Assembly (NCBI GenBank): GCA_963848295.1
Contig: CAWKDB010000010.1
Location: 1,696,001 to 1,760,000, forward strand
Origin: an uncultured delta proteobacterium
GTDB taxonomy: Bacteria > Myxococcota_A > Polyangia > Haliangiales > Haliangiaceae
DNA: 64,000 nt
Direction of reading: 5' to 3'
In this document: piece after piece, positions 1 through 9,150 of the stretch
Position numbering within the stretch: the stretch's first letter is position 1
Layout: every line of letters starts with the position of its first letter
Program-made: the position numbers and the translations under genes
The notes under the pieces: model-generated
Seen by the model: the letters and a program-made list of their open reading frames with translations, nothing else
Databases searched by the model: none
What the model was told of the DNA's origin: nothing

Positions 1-1425
1 GCGACCCGGATCAAGGGCGGCACGCCGCGCGCGTTCTACGTCGGCGTGGAGACCGGCGGCGCCGACCGCATGGCGGTGTGCCTCGCGCCGGGAGGGCTCG
101 AAGACGGCGCGCGGGTCGAGCTCGCGCGCGACTTCACGCTCGTGACGAATCGGCCGGTCAGCTTCCGGTTGTACTCGAGCAGCTCGCGTGAGGACTCGCC
201 CGGTGCGCTCGTGCCGATCGGAGATGGCCGGCCCGAGACGCTCGACGACGGCAGCGACTTGCTCGAGCTGCCGCCGATCGTCACGGTGCTGCGCGCGCGG
301 GGCCGCAGCGAGGTCACGGTCCGGCTCGCCGTTCACATCACCGAGCTCGGCGCGCTCGAGATCCTGTGCGTGGACCATGGCGAAGCGCACGAGCAGTGGA
401 AGCTCGCGTTCGACATGCGCTCGGGCGGTGCGGCCGCGGCGCCGAGCGACGGCAGCGAGTCGCATCCCAAGACCGACGAGGCGGTCGCGCTCGTGAAACG
501 AGCGTTCGCGTCCGGCACCGGCTTGCCGACGCTCGCGCGCGATCTCGAGACGTTGCTCGAAGTCCGCCGTGACGAGTGGACGATGCAGACCGCGCGCGCG
601 TTGTTCGATGCGCTGCTCGAGGTCGCCCCCGATCGCAAGAAGTCCGCGGATCACGAGCAGCGCTGGCTCAACCTCGCCGGGTTCTTGCTTCGGCCCGGCA
701 CCGGCGCACCGCTCGATGCATGGCGATCGCGCGTGATGTGGGGCGTGTTCAACGAAGGGCTCGCGTTCGGGAAAGTCGAGCCGAACAAGCTCGCGTGGTG
801 GATCGCGTGGCGGCGGATCGCCGGCGGCTTGGTGAAGGGTCAGCAAGAGCAACTGTGGGATCGGCTGTCCCAGCTGCTGTTGCCGAGCACCAAGCAGAAC
901 AAGAGGCTCGCCGACGTGAAGCCGAGCAAGCAGGAGCTCGCCGAGATCTGGCGAACCGTCGCGAGCCTCGAGCGCCTGCCCACCGCACACAAGGTCCGGC
1001 TCGGCGACGAGGTCGTGCAGCGTATGGCGACGAAGAGGGGCCTCGAGGACGGCGTTCATCTGTGGGCGTTGTCTCGCCTCGGCGCGCGCGTGCCGCTGTA
1101 CGGACCACTCGACGCCGTCGTTGCACCATCGAAGGTGTCGGCGTGGATCGCCGCGGTGCTCGACGCGGAATGGCCGGAGCCCGACAAGGTCGCGTTCCCG
1201 CTCGCGCAGCTCGGGCGGCGCACCGGCGATCGCACGCGCGACATCGACGACGCGACCCGCAGCAAGCTCGCCGCAGTGGTGCGCGCGCTACCCGGCGGCG
1301 ATCGCGCGGTCGTGCTGCTGGAGCAAGTGGTCGCGCTCGAAGCGCGGGAAGAGCGCGTCGCGCTCGGCGATACGCTGCCCGCGGGCTTGCGACTCGTGCT
1401 CGATGGATCGAACGTCGCGGACTAG
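1..1425 (+). CDS. Hsp70/DnaK-like protein, C-terminal part (DUF3731-type); 5' end lies outside the window
   Basis: Frame is open from base 1 (ATRIKGGTPRAFYVGV). Motifs WLNLAGFLLRPG, WWIAWRRIAGGL, WALSRLGARVPLYG and RRTGDRTRDID match my recollection of the DUF3731 C-terminus of atypical Hsp70 proteins. Confidence 0.75.
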   Translation, partial: ATRIKGGTPRAFYVGVETGGADRMAVCLAPGGLEDGARVELARDFTLVTNRPVSFRLYSSSSREDSPGALVPIGDGRPETLDDGSDLLELPPIVTVLRARGRSEVTVRLAVHITELGALEILCVDHGEAHEQWKLAFDMRSGGAAAAPSDGSESHPKTDEAVALVKRAFASGTGLPTLARDLETLLEVRRDEWTMQTARALFDALLEVAPDRKKSADHEQRWLNLAGFLLRPGTGAPLDAWRSRVMWGVFNEGLAFGKVEPNKLAWWIAWRRIAGGLVKGQQEQLWDRLSQLLLPSTKQNKRLADVKPSKQELAEIWRTVASLERLPTAHKVRLGDEVVQRMATKRGLEDGVHLWALSRLGARVPLYGPLDAVVAPSKVSAWIAAVLDAEWPEPDKVAFPLAQLGRRTGDRTRDIDDATRSKLAAVVRALPGGDRAVVLLEQVVALEAREERVALGDTLPAGLRLVLDGSNVAD

Positions 1426-1445
1426 CTCGGGTAGACTTGGCAGTG

Positions 1446-2324
1446 GTGCGCGCTAGCTTCTTGCTCGCAGCGATCGTCGTCGCGACGGGCTGTGGTCGCG
1501 TGCGGTTCGACGATCGCGGCGATGCCGAGCCGTCCGACGCCGGTTGCACGTTCGGGCCGTGGACCGCACCGCGCGCGCTGACCGAGCTAGCGAGCACGAG
1601 CGACGAGTACGGGCCGTGGCTATCGGCGGATCGCTTGACCGCGGTGTTCGCGTCGGATCGCAGCGGTGGATTCGAGATCCTGACCGCGCAGCGCGCCACC
1701 GTGCAATCGCCGTTCGCCGCACCGACCGTGATCGCGCTCGGCCCGAGCACGTACGGCGATCCGTATGTGTCGCCGGACGGGCTGACGCTGTGGCTCGACA
1801 GCGAGCCGACGGTGACGATCCTCCAGTCCACCCGCGCGACCGTGGGCGCGGCTTTCGGTGCTCCGGTCGTCGAGACCGAGCTCGCGCTCGGGCGCGACGA
1901 GTTCAACCCGAGCCTGTCGCTCGACCAGCTCAGGATCGCATTCGATACGCTCACGACGCCACAGGTCGTCTACATCGCGACGCGCGGCCGCGTCATCGAC
2001 CCGTTCGACGCGCCGCAACCGGTGCCGTCGCTCGAGGTGGCGGCGCAGAATTGCTGCGTGAGCTTTTCCGGTGATGGCACGTTCGTGCTGATCGCCAGCG
2101 ACCTCGACACGCCGAGCGTGCTCCACATCTATCAAGCCGCCGACAATGGCGACGGCACGTTCGGCGCACCGGTCGAATTTGCGCCCACGCTCGTCGGCAG
2201 CGACGGCACGAACGACTCGGATCCGTACATCACGCCGAGCGGCGACGCCGTGATCTTTGGATCGGAGCGCGCGCCGAGCCTCGGCGGTTACGATCTGTTC
2301 GAGATCGATCGCGAGTGTCTGTAG
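1446..2324 (+). CDS. Lipoprotein with TolB-like/PD40 beta-propeller repeats
   Basis: Lipobox VATGC. Repeats such as P.LSADRLT..FASDRSGGFEI, PYVSPDGLTLW and PYITPSGDAVIFGSER..GGYDLF. GTG start just after the upstream stop. Confidence 0.7.
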   Translation: MRASFLLAAIVVATGCGRVRFDDRGDAEPSDAGCTFGPWTAPRALTELASTSDEYGPWLSADRLTAVFASDRSGGFEILTAQRATVQSPFAAPTVIALGPSTYGDPYVSPDGLTLWLDSEPTVTILQSTRATVGAAFGAPVVETELALGRDEFNPSLSLDQLRIAFDTLTTPQVVYIATRGRVIDPFDAPQPVPSLEVAAQNCCVSFSGDGTFVLIASDLDTPSVLHIYQAADNGDGTFGAPVEFAPTLVGSDGTNDSDPYITPSGDAVIFGSERAPSLGGYDLFEIDRECL

Positions 2325-2667
2325 CGGCACTCTGCGCGAGGTAGTACGTGCCGCCGCGCACGAGCACCGTCACCGTACGCGCCGGGCTGCCGAGGCCGCG
2401 CACCGCGGTCTGCGCCCGAGCGAGCGACGCGAATGGCCCGTCGCTGGGGTCGGCGTTCGGCGCGGCGAGCGTGCCCGACCACGCGTCGTTGCCGTCGGTC
2501 GCGACGAAGAAGTCGGCGGTCGGTGAGCCCGGGTTGCACGCGGCCGAGCCCATCGCATCGCCGCCCCCCGCGGCGTCGCCGGGCGGCGGCGAGGAGTCTG
2601 GCTGACCCTCACTGGCGGAGTGACATCCGAACCCGAGGACACCGAGGACAAGAGCTAAGCGCAGCAT
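2230..2667 (-). pseudogene. Truncated lipoprotein: N-terminus of a right-handed beta-helix (GH141/pectin-lyase-like) protein
   Basis: Lipobox LGFGC, then FFVATDGNDAWSG...DGPFASLARAQ.AVR...VLVRGGTYYL. The recognisable sequence stops at about 2335 and the frame runs antisense into the neighbouring gene. Confidence 0.65.
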
Positions 2668-2681
2668 ATGCGTGCCACGAG

Positions 2682-2697
2682 TGCAGCCGGCATGCCG
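2682..2697 (-). promoter_or_regulatory. Putative sigma54 (-24/-12) promoter
   Basis: Minus strand CGGCATGCCGGCTGCA has GG-N10-GC spacing, about 16 nt before ATG 2667. Confidence 0.4.
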
Positions 2698-2784
2698 CGA
2701 AGGGCCTGCGCGCGGTACGCACGTTCGCGCACCGCGTGATGCCAACCGTCCGCCGCGGGGGCGATGTCCGGCAGACCGGTCAGG

Positions 2785-3999
2785 TCAGCGCGAGCCCATG
2801 AACAACAGCGCGAACTGACGCAACCGCAACACCGATGGGATGCCCTCCGCCGAGCTGAACGACAGCGTGTCGGCGAACTTCACGTTGTCGGCGGCTTGCC
2901 ACGCGACGTATGCGGTGCCGGCCGGAGATCCGAGCAGCGCGTTGAGCTTGGTCTCGTATTCGCCTTGGACCTTCGCGACCATCGCATCGCCTTCGGCGCC
3001 GAGCCGACCCTCGATCGCATCGGCTTGCGACGTGATCCGGTTCTTGTACTCGAGCGTCTCGGCTTGGATGTTCTTGATCCCGATCAAGTAGTCCTCGCCG
3101 ACCGAATCGGCGTCCATGCTGAACGCCTTCGCGGCCTCGGCCTTCTTCGCGGCGAGATCGGCGGGCGACAGCGACACGAGCCTCGCGCGCGATGCACCGG
3201 GGGTCGCGTCTTCGACGCCGAGCAAGCCGACCTGGTAATCGCGCTCGAGCTCTGCGATCCGCTTCGCCCATTCGGCCGCTTTCTGGGACACCTGTGCGCT
3301 CGTGCCTTGCTGATAGTTATCGAGGCTCTGCTGCGTGTTCGCGAGCTTCTGGGTCGCGGCGTCGAGCAGCTTGTTCTGCGCGTTGAGCTGGATCTGCTGG
3401 AGCTGCTTCTCGTACTCGTCGCGGAACGTCACGGCGCGGACGAGCACGGCCTGAGCCTCGAGGTGCATCGCGCCGAGCTGCTTGTTGAGTGCCTTGAGCG
3501 CGGCTCCGCTCGCGTCGAGTCGCTCCTTGGTCGTATAGAACCCGGCGGAATCGAGCGCGGCCATCTGCTCGCGGAGCACGCTCGTCGCGGTCTCCTCGGC
3601 GAGCCGCATGTAGCGATAGCGACCATCGGGATCGAGCACGTGATTGCCGGCCTCGACGAGCAAGTGCGCCTCGCCCGGCTTGATCCGGACCGGCACGGAG
3701 ACGTCGATGTCGACCGTATTGTTGTCCTTCGTGCGAATGACGAGCGGCTTCTGCGGGCCGACCTTGTCTTCGGTGAAGTCGAGCACGAAGTAGTTGCTCG
3801 GCAGCAAGATGTACTTGTGCATGCCCGGGATCCGCATGTGCCAGCCCGGGCCGAGGTCGGTGTCGAGCACGCCGCTCGCCGCGCTCTGCCGCACGCCGAT
3901 CTGGTTCGGGCCGACCGTCGTGGTGAACACCGAGCTGACCAGCCACAGCACGAGCGCCGAGAGCACGACGACCTTCGAGATCCGTACGAGTGTCTTCAC
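2785..3999 (-). CDS. SPFH/Band 7 (prohibitin/HflK-like) membrane protein
   Basis: N-terminal TM, then TTVGPNQIGVR, LGPGWHMRIPG, IRTKDNNTVDIDVSV, and a helical C-terminal tail. Start overlaps the upstream stop (GTGA). Confidence 0.8.
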   Translation of the reverse strand: MKTLVRISKVVVLSALVLWLVSSVFTTTVGPNQIGVRQSAASGVLDTDLGPGWHMRIPGMHKYILLPSNYFVLDFTEDKVGPQKPLVIRTKDNNTVDIDVSVPVRIKPGEAHLLVEAGNHVLDPDGRYRYMRLAEETATSVLREQMAALDSAGFYTTKERLDASGAALKALNKQLGAMHLEAQAVLVRAVTFRDEYEKQLQQIQLNAQNKLLDAATQKLANTQQSLDNYQQGTSAQVSQKAAEWAKRIAELERDYQVGLLGVEDATPGASRARLVSLSPADLAAKKAEAAKAFSMDADSVGEDYLIGIKNIQAETLEYKNRITSQADAIEGRLGAEGDAMVAKVQGEYETKLNALLGSPAGTAYVAWQAADNVKFADTLSFSSAEGIPSVLRLRQFALLFMGSR

Positions 4000-5105
4000 T
4001 TCGCACCTCCGACGTTCTCGAGCTGGACTCGGGTCGGATTGCCGTCCTGGCGCACCGGTTGGATCTCGATCGTCACGCCCTTGAGGCGATCGCCGAGCCG
4101 CTCCATCACGCGCTCGACCGGCTGGTTGCGGAACGCGTCGATCTCCGCTTTGCGCGCTTGATACTGCGCGTCGAGCTGGCCCTTGAGCTCGTCGGCCTTG
4201 CTCTTCGCGGCCGAGCGCGCCGCTTCGCCGGCGGCGAGCTTGTCGACGCGATAACCGTCGACCTCGCGATGGGTCTCCGCCTTCGCGGCGACCGCTTCGG
4301 CGAGCGCGGCTTCGAGCTCGGCGCGCTTGGTCTGGTTGATCTTGTTCTGATCGCGTTCGACCTCGGCGAGCTTGCGGGCGCGCTCGGTCTGCGCGCGCTC
4401 GAGATCCGAACCGATCACGGCGAGCTGGTTCTCGGCCTGGTTGCGCGCCTCGATCAGGTCCTCGTACTCCTTCGAGAACCGCGGGCGCGGCGTCACGATG
4501 CTCGTGACCTCGATGCCATGCTCGCCGAGCATCTTGTTCATGCCTTTCTTCGCGAGCGCTTCGGCGTCGCCGAACATCGTCGGGTTCGACGCGTCGATCG
4601 TCGTCAGGTTACCGAACTCGTCGCGCATGATCGCGCGCACGTACGGCAGCATCCATTCATAGTAGGCGTGGTCGAGGCCGGAGTCGCGCAGCGTCTCGTC
4701 GGCCTTGCTCGGAATCGCGCGGAACAGGATCGTCGTGTCGTTGAACGAGAAGCTCGAGCCGTCCTTCGCGCGAACGTCGAGCTCGCGAACTTCGAGCGGA
4801 CTCTTGTTCGCGTTGCCGCGCAGGTGAAACGTCTGCGGGCTGACGTCGAGGATGTAGACGTCCTGGATCCCGAACGGCAGCCGCGTGATGAGGCCCGGCT
4901 GGGTGATGACCTCCATCGACCCGGTGACGTTGTTGACGCGCACCGCGACCTGGCCGGCTTCGACCGACGCGCACGAGTGGAACCCGACCAGCGCGAGCAC
5001 GATCGCGCCGCCGGCGAGCCACAGCCGCGAAGGCTCGCTGCCCGCGCCGCGCAGGACGTTGAAGATCGACCGAACGCGGTCTTTAGGATCCTTGGGATCA
5101 GCCAT
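3996..5105 (-). CDS. SPFH/Band 7 (HflC-like) membrane protein with coiled-coil tail
   Basis: GGAGG RBS before ATG 5105. TM segment, VEAGQVAVRVN, PGLITRLPFG, VRAKDG, VRAIMRDEFG, GIEVTSI, then an Ala/Glu/Lys-rich coiled coil. Confidence 0.8.
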   Translation of the reverse strand: MADPKDPKDRVRSIFNVLRGAGSEPSRLWLAGGAIVLALVGFHSCASVEAGQVAVRVNNVTGSMEVITQPGLITRLPFGIQDVYILDVSPQTFHLRGNANKSPLEVRELDVRAKDGSSFSFNDTTILFRAIPSKADETLRDSGLDHAYYEWMLPYVRAIMRDEFGNLTTIDASNPTMFGDAEALAKKGMNKMLGEHGIEVTSIVTPRPRFSKEYEDLIEARNQAENQLAVIGSDLERAQTERARKLAEVERDQNKINQTKRAELEAALAEAVAAKAETHREVDGYRVDKLAAGEAARSAAKSKADELKGQLDAQYQARKAEIDAFRNQPVERVMERLGDRLKGVTIEIQPVRQDGNPTRVQLENVGGAK

Positions 5106-5124
5106 ATCGCCTCCATCGCGCACC

Positions 5125-7206
5125 TTAGCCGTTCTGTCGGCGGCGCACGACGACGGCGAGCAGATCTTCGCTCGGCGGACCGGCGCGCAACGCGGTCTCG
5201 ACCACCACGCTCGCGAGCCGGCCGCCGGCCGGCGCGATCTCGCGCAGGGTCTCGAGCCAACGCGCGTCATCGTTGCCGCGCAGCCCGGTCGAGGCGACGA
5301 CGACGAGCGTCGCAGGTGGATAGCCGGTGCGGCCTCGCGTCGCGATCGACAAGCTCGCACCGCTGTGCTCGCCGCTCGCGCCTGGCCCGATCGCGATCGG
5401 CCTCGGTCGCGGACCGCCGCGCGCGGAGCCGGCCGGAAACTCGGCGTCGATGTCGATCGGCCCGACGAGTGCCGCGCCGGGATGTCCGGCGCACGCCCAC
5501 TCGATCAGCTGCTGGTCGGCGTCGAGGATCGCGAGGAACGCCGCGACCGGCTCGCCGCCTCGCATCACGCCGTCCGCGCTCGCTTGCATCGCCTCGAGCA
5601 GCTCGTCGAGCCGCAAGCCCGATGCTCCAGTCGTCGCCGCCGCAAAAGCGCCGGTCACCGCCGCGGTCGCGAGCGCGGCAGCGACACCGTGCGCCTGGGA
5701 TTCGGTGACGAGCAACGCGAGCCGGCCGTCGCCGAGCTCGGTCGCCGACCAGCCCGCGCCGCCGCGCTTCGCGGTGCGATACTCCACCATCACCGCCCAC
5801 CGTCCGAGCTCGGCATCGCGGCTCGCCGAGGCCTGCAGGCGCAGCGCGTCGGCGACCTCGACCTCGCGTTCCGTCTCGCGTTCGCGCGCCGCGGATCGCG
5901 CGAGCCCGATGAACGTCATCGCGCGTGCCGCGGCTCGCGCCGACTCGATGATCAGCCCGCGCTCGCCTTCGCGCAACGCGCGATCGTACGTCGCCTCGAC
6001 CAGACCGACGAGCTCGCCGCGATCGACGAGCGGCACGAGCAAGTCGACGCCGCGCGCCGCCGCGAGCGCCTCGAGCGGCCCGCGATTCGTACCGAGCCGC
6101 ATCGTCGCGAGATCGGTGACCGCGAGCGCTTCGCTCGACCGGACGAACCAGGCGGCGAGCTGCGGCGCCAGTTGCCAGTGTTGACCGTTCGAGACGAGCT
6201 CGCCGGCCTCGGTCCACCACGTCGCGCTAACCTCGATGCCGATCGAGCGCTTCCATAGCGTCGCCAACCGTTCGGCGATCGCCGCGCCGGTGTCGAGCTC
6301 GGTCACTCGCGCGACGAACTGCTCGAGGGCGCGCTCGCCCGCGACCCGCACAGGTCGGCGGCGCCCGAGCGTCCATGCGATGCCGGTCACGATCGTCCAC
6401 GCGCTCGCTCCGATCGCCGCGAGCACGACCGGCGACCCGTCGGGCAGCGCGACCGCGACACCGCCGACCACGACGGCGATCGTGCCGAAGCCGCCGACCT
6501 CGACCGCGATGCCGCGATCGAGCCCTTGCGGCCGCAGCAGATCGGTCGCGAGCACGAGATACAGCGTCAACGACGCCGCGATCAAGGCGGCGAGCCAGGC
6601 GACCGGATAGCTGCCGCCTTGGTGGTACAGCAACAACGTGTCGCTCGAGCCGAGCGCGCCGAGCACGAACACGCCGATCATCATCCGCACGATTCGCCGC
6701 CGCTCGCCGCGCGGGGTCGACCGCCCGACGATCACGAGCCCGACTCCGAGCCAGCCGACGAGCAGCGACAAGTGGATCGCTGTCAACGGCCCGGGCTGGA
6801 CGTAGTACATCCCCGATGACAGCTGCTGGACGCCCGGTACCGTCCATGGCGTCGCCCAACACGCGATCGTGAAGACGGTCCCGATCACCCCCGAGATCCG
6901 CGCGAGCCAGCGATAGCGCTCGAGCTGCCCGCTGACCCCGAGCAAGACGAGCAACAGGTTGGGCCCGACGAGCGCGATCGGCGCATTGCCCAGCCGCAAC
7001 AACCGGGTCGCGACCTCGGGATCGTGCGTGCACGCGGCGAGTGCTTGGCACACCGCCCACGGCGCCGCACTGAACGCCGCGCTGATCACGCCGAGGCGCA
7101 ACACGCGGTCGCCGCGAACCAACGCCGCCGCGAGTGCGACCGCGAGTACGGCGACGGTGCACGCCACGTACGGCGCGCACAGCCAGCTCCACTGCAGGTC
7201 GAACAC
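5125..7206 (-). CDS. Multi-TM membrane sensor with GAF-like domain and degenerate SpoIIE/PP2C-like domain
   Basis: About 8-9 hydrophobic segments, a GAF-like LLVPLVDRGELVGLV, and a C-terminus with LGDGRLALLV..HGVAAAL and IEWACAGHP in SpoIIE order but lacking the catalytic Asp residues. Confidence 0.7.
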   Translation of the reverse strand: MFDLQWSWLCAPYVACTVAVLAVALAAALVRGDRVLRLGVISAAFSAAPWAVCQALAACTHDPEVATRLLRLGNAPIALVGPNLLLVLLGVSGQLERYRWLARISGVIGTVFTIACWATPWTVPGVQQLSSGMYYVQPGPLTAIHLSLLVGWLGVGLVIVGRSTPRGERRRIVRMMIGVFVLGALGSSDTLLLYHQGGSYPVAWLAALIAASLTLYLVLATDLLRPQGLDRGIAVEVGGFGTIAVVVGGVAVALPDGSPVVLAAIGASAWTIVTGIAWTLGRRRPVRVAGERALEQFVARVTELDTGAAIAERLATLWKRSIGIEVSATWWTEAGELVSNGQHWQLAPQLAAWFVRSSEALAVTDLATMRLGTNRGPLEALAAARGVDLLVPLVDRGELVGLVEATYDRALREGERGLIIESARAAARAMTFIGLARSAARERETEREVEVADALRLQASASRDAELGRWAVMVEYRTAKRGGAGWSATELGDGRLALLVTESQAHGVAAALATAAVTGAFAAATTGASGLRLDELLEAMQASADGVMRGGEPVAAFLAILDADQQLIEWACAGHPGAALVGPIDIDAEFPAGSARGGPRPRPIAIGPGASGEHSGASLSIATRGRTGYPPATLVVVASTGLRGNDDARWLETLREIAPAGGRLASVVVETALRAGPPSEDLLAVVVRRRQNG

Positions 7207-7216
7207 TTCGCCGATG

Positions 7217-7801
7217 TTACGGCGGGCCGACCTGAAGGGTCACGGCGTAGTCATTGAAGTTGCACGTACCGTTGCAATCGCCCTCGCCGGTCGGCGCGAC
7301 CTCGATGCCGTAGTGGCCGCTGTTCGCGAGCGCGCCGGTCAAGCATTGTTCGGCGTCGAGGCCCTGCGAATCGCCGCAGGCGTCGCTCGTCGCGATCACC
7401 GAGCTCGCATCGAGGTCCCAGAGCTGGACGTCGAGCACTTCGAACGCGAGCGGCGACTTCAAGCGGATCGTCGCGGCGATCGCACTGCAGTTCGCCGACG
7501 TGTCGAACACCAGCCAGTTCGCGCTGTCGCCCGCGGCGAGGCAGCCGTCGCTGTCGAGCGGCACGGTCGCGCAGCGCTGCACGCCGAGCGAGAAGCCTTG
7601 TGCCGCGGTGTCGTCGGGCTCGTGCAGCACCATCGGATCGCACGCGAACGGTTCCGCGGTCCCGGTGAACACGCACGTGCCATCGCCGCTGCATTCTTGG
7701 CCCGGTGGGCACAGCTCCTCGGAGCCACACAGATATGCGCCCTCGCCGATCGACGGCGAGCACGCGGCGAGCGCGAGCGCGGCGATCGCGAACGCGCGCA
7801 T
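7217..7801 (-). CDS. Cys-rich lipoprotein, unknown function
   Basis: Lipobox LAAC, CPPGQECSGDGTC and HEPDDT motifs. TGATG coupling with the upstream gene. Confidence 0.7.
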   Translation of the reverse strand: MRAFAIAALALAACSPSIGEGAYLCGSEELCPPGQECSGDGTCVFTGTAEPFACDPMVLHEPDDTAAQGFSLGVQRCATVPLDSDGCLAAGDSANWLVFDTSANCSAIAATIRLKSPLAFEVLDVQLWDLDASSVIATSDACGDSQGLDAEQCLTGALANSGHYGIEVAPTGEGDCNGTCNFNDYAVTLQVGPP

Positions 7802-8415
7802 CAGAACGTCCATGCTCCGCCGAGGATCGCGCCGCCTGGAGTCGGAGCGACGGTCGGCTGCGGGCCATAGCCGTGCGGCCGGATCGCGGTGACTTCGTCC
7901 TTCGGTGCGGTGACGATGTACGCGATCGCCGCCGTGATCAGCGCGGCGCCGCCGAGCCCGTAGAACACGCCGGCCACGACGCCCGAGGTGTGCGCGCGGT
8001 CGTACGCCTTCTGATCGGCCGGCGTCCACGGGATCGCGGTCGCTTGCACGAGCGTGACCTTGTTCGCTTGCGACTGCGAATCGAGGTTGAATGCCACGCC
8101 GACGAGGCCGAGCACCGCAGCACCGCCGGCGATGCTGCCGAGCACGACCATGTTCTTCGTCGAGCGATCGCCGTGCGACGTGATCGTGTACACCGGTCCG
8201 ACCGGTTCCGGCTTGACCGCGCTCGGCGGTTGCGGCGCGGCCGGCGGTGGCGCGGGAGCCGGTTCGGGTGCCGTCGGTGTCGTCGGTGCCGTCGGTCTGG
8301 CCGGTGCGGGCTGCGGCGGTGGCGGCGCCGGTTCATCGGCGCGCGCTGAGGCACCCATCCCGGCGATCGCGAAGACCGTTGCGGACGCGATAGCGCGCTG
8401 GATCGCGGGGAGCAT
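7801..8415 (-). CDS. Exported/membrane protein with Pro-rich linker, unknown function
   Basis: Signal peptide ending ARA-DEP, Pro-rich stretch, two hydrophobic Gly-rich segments, C-terminal Phe. Confidence 0.65.
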   Translation of the reverse strand: MLPAIQRAIASATVFAIAGMGASARADEPAPPPPQPAPARPTAPTTPTAPEPAPAPPPAAPQPPSAVKPEPVGPVYTITSHGDRSTKNMVVLGSIAGGAAVLGLVGVAFNLDSQSQANKVTLVQATAIPWTPADQKAYDRAHTSGVVAGVFYGLGGAALITAAIAYIVTAPKDEVTAIRPHGYGPQPTVAPTPGGAILGGAWTF

Positions 8416-8442
8416 CGGTATGCGGTGATACAATAGTCCTCG

Positions 8443-9111
8443 GTGTCGCGTCGCGCGCCCCGCTATCGGATCTCGCTATCGGCCACTGTCTCCCCGCTGC
8501 TCGGGGGTGACATCGTGGTGTGTCGCACCCGTGACGTCTCCGACGTCGGAATGTGCCTCGACACCGCGGCATGGTTGCCGGTCGGTACGCGCGTATCGGT
8601 CAGCCTCGCGGATCCCGCCGGTGGATCGCTCGAGACGATCGGCGACGTGGTGCGCGAGGCCAACGGCGTCAATCCGGCGCTCGGCGTGCTGCTGATCGAG
8701 CCGTCGCTCGAGTGGAAGTCGCTGGTCGCGCACGCGGCTCGCACGTCGGGCCCGATCGAGCGCGCTGGAAAGCGGATGCGGGTGCTCGTCGTCGGCGACG
8801 ATCATCGCCAGCGCGGCGCGATGGCGCTCTACGTGTCGAGCGGCTGGGACGTGTTGTTCGCGAGCGACGATCAGAGCGTGCGCGAAGCGCTCGACCACAT
8901 CCCGCTCGATGCGGTGATCGCGGAGCTCGATGCCGGCGACCCGCGCGTCGAAGGCATCATGGACGACGTCGAGCACGCGCAGCCTCAGGCGCGCCGGATC
9001 GTCCGCGGTATCGGCAAGGGCACGGTCGCGCTGGTCCATCGCTACGTCGATCGCGACGCCGGCCTCGAAGCGCTCGTCGACGCGGTGACCGCGAACTTCA
9101 CCGCCGGTTAG
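8443..9111 (+). CDS. PilZ domain plus atypical receiver domain protein
   Basis: RRAPR (RxxxR) and DVSDVG (DxSxxG) PilZ motifs. C-terminal RVLVVGDD...DAVIAELD receiver-like fold. Confidence 0.75.
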   Translation: MSRRAPRYRISLSATVSPLLGGDIVVCRTRDVSDVGMCLDTAAWLPVGTRVSVSLADPAGGSLETIGDVVREANGVNPALGVLLIEPSLEWKSLVAHAARTSGPIERAGKRMRVLVVGDDHRQRGAMALYVSSGWDVLFASDDQSVREALDHIPLDAVIAELDAGDPRVEGIMDDVEHAQPQARRIVRGIGKGTVALVHRYVDRDAGLEALVDAVTANFTAG

Positions 9112-9150
9112 GTCGCTCGATCAGCCTGAGTGAGGATTCCCGGATCTGTT

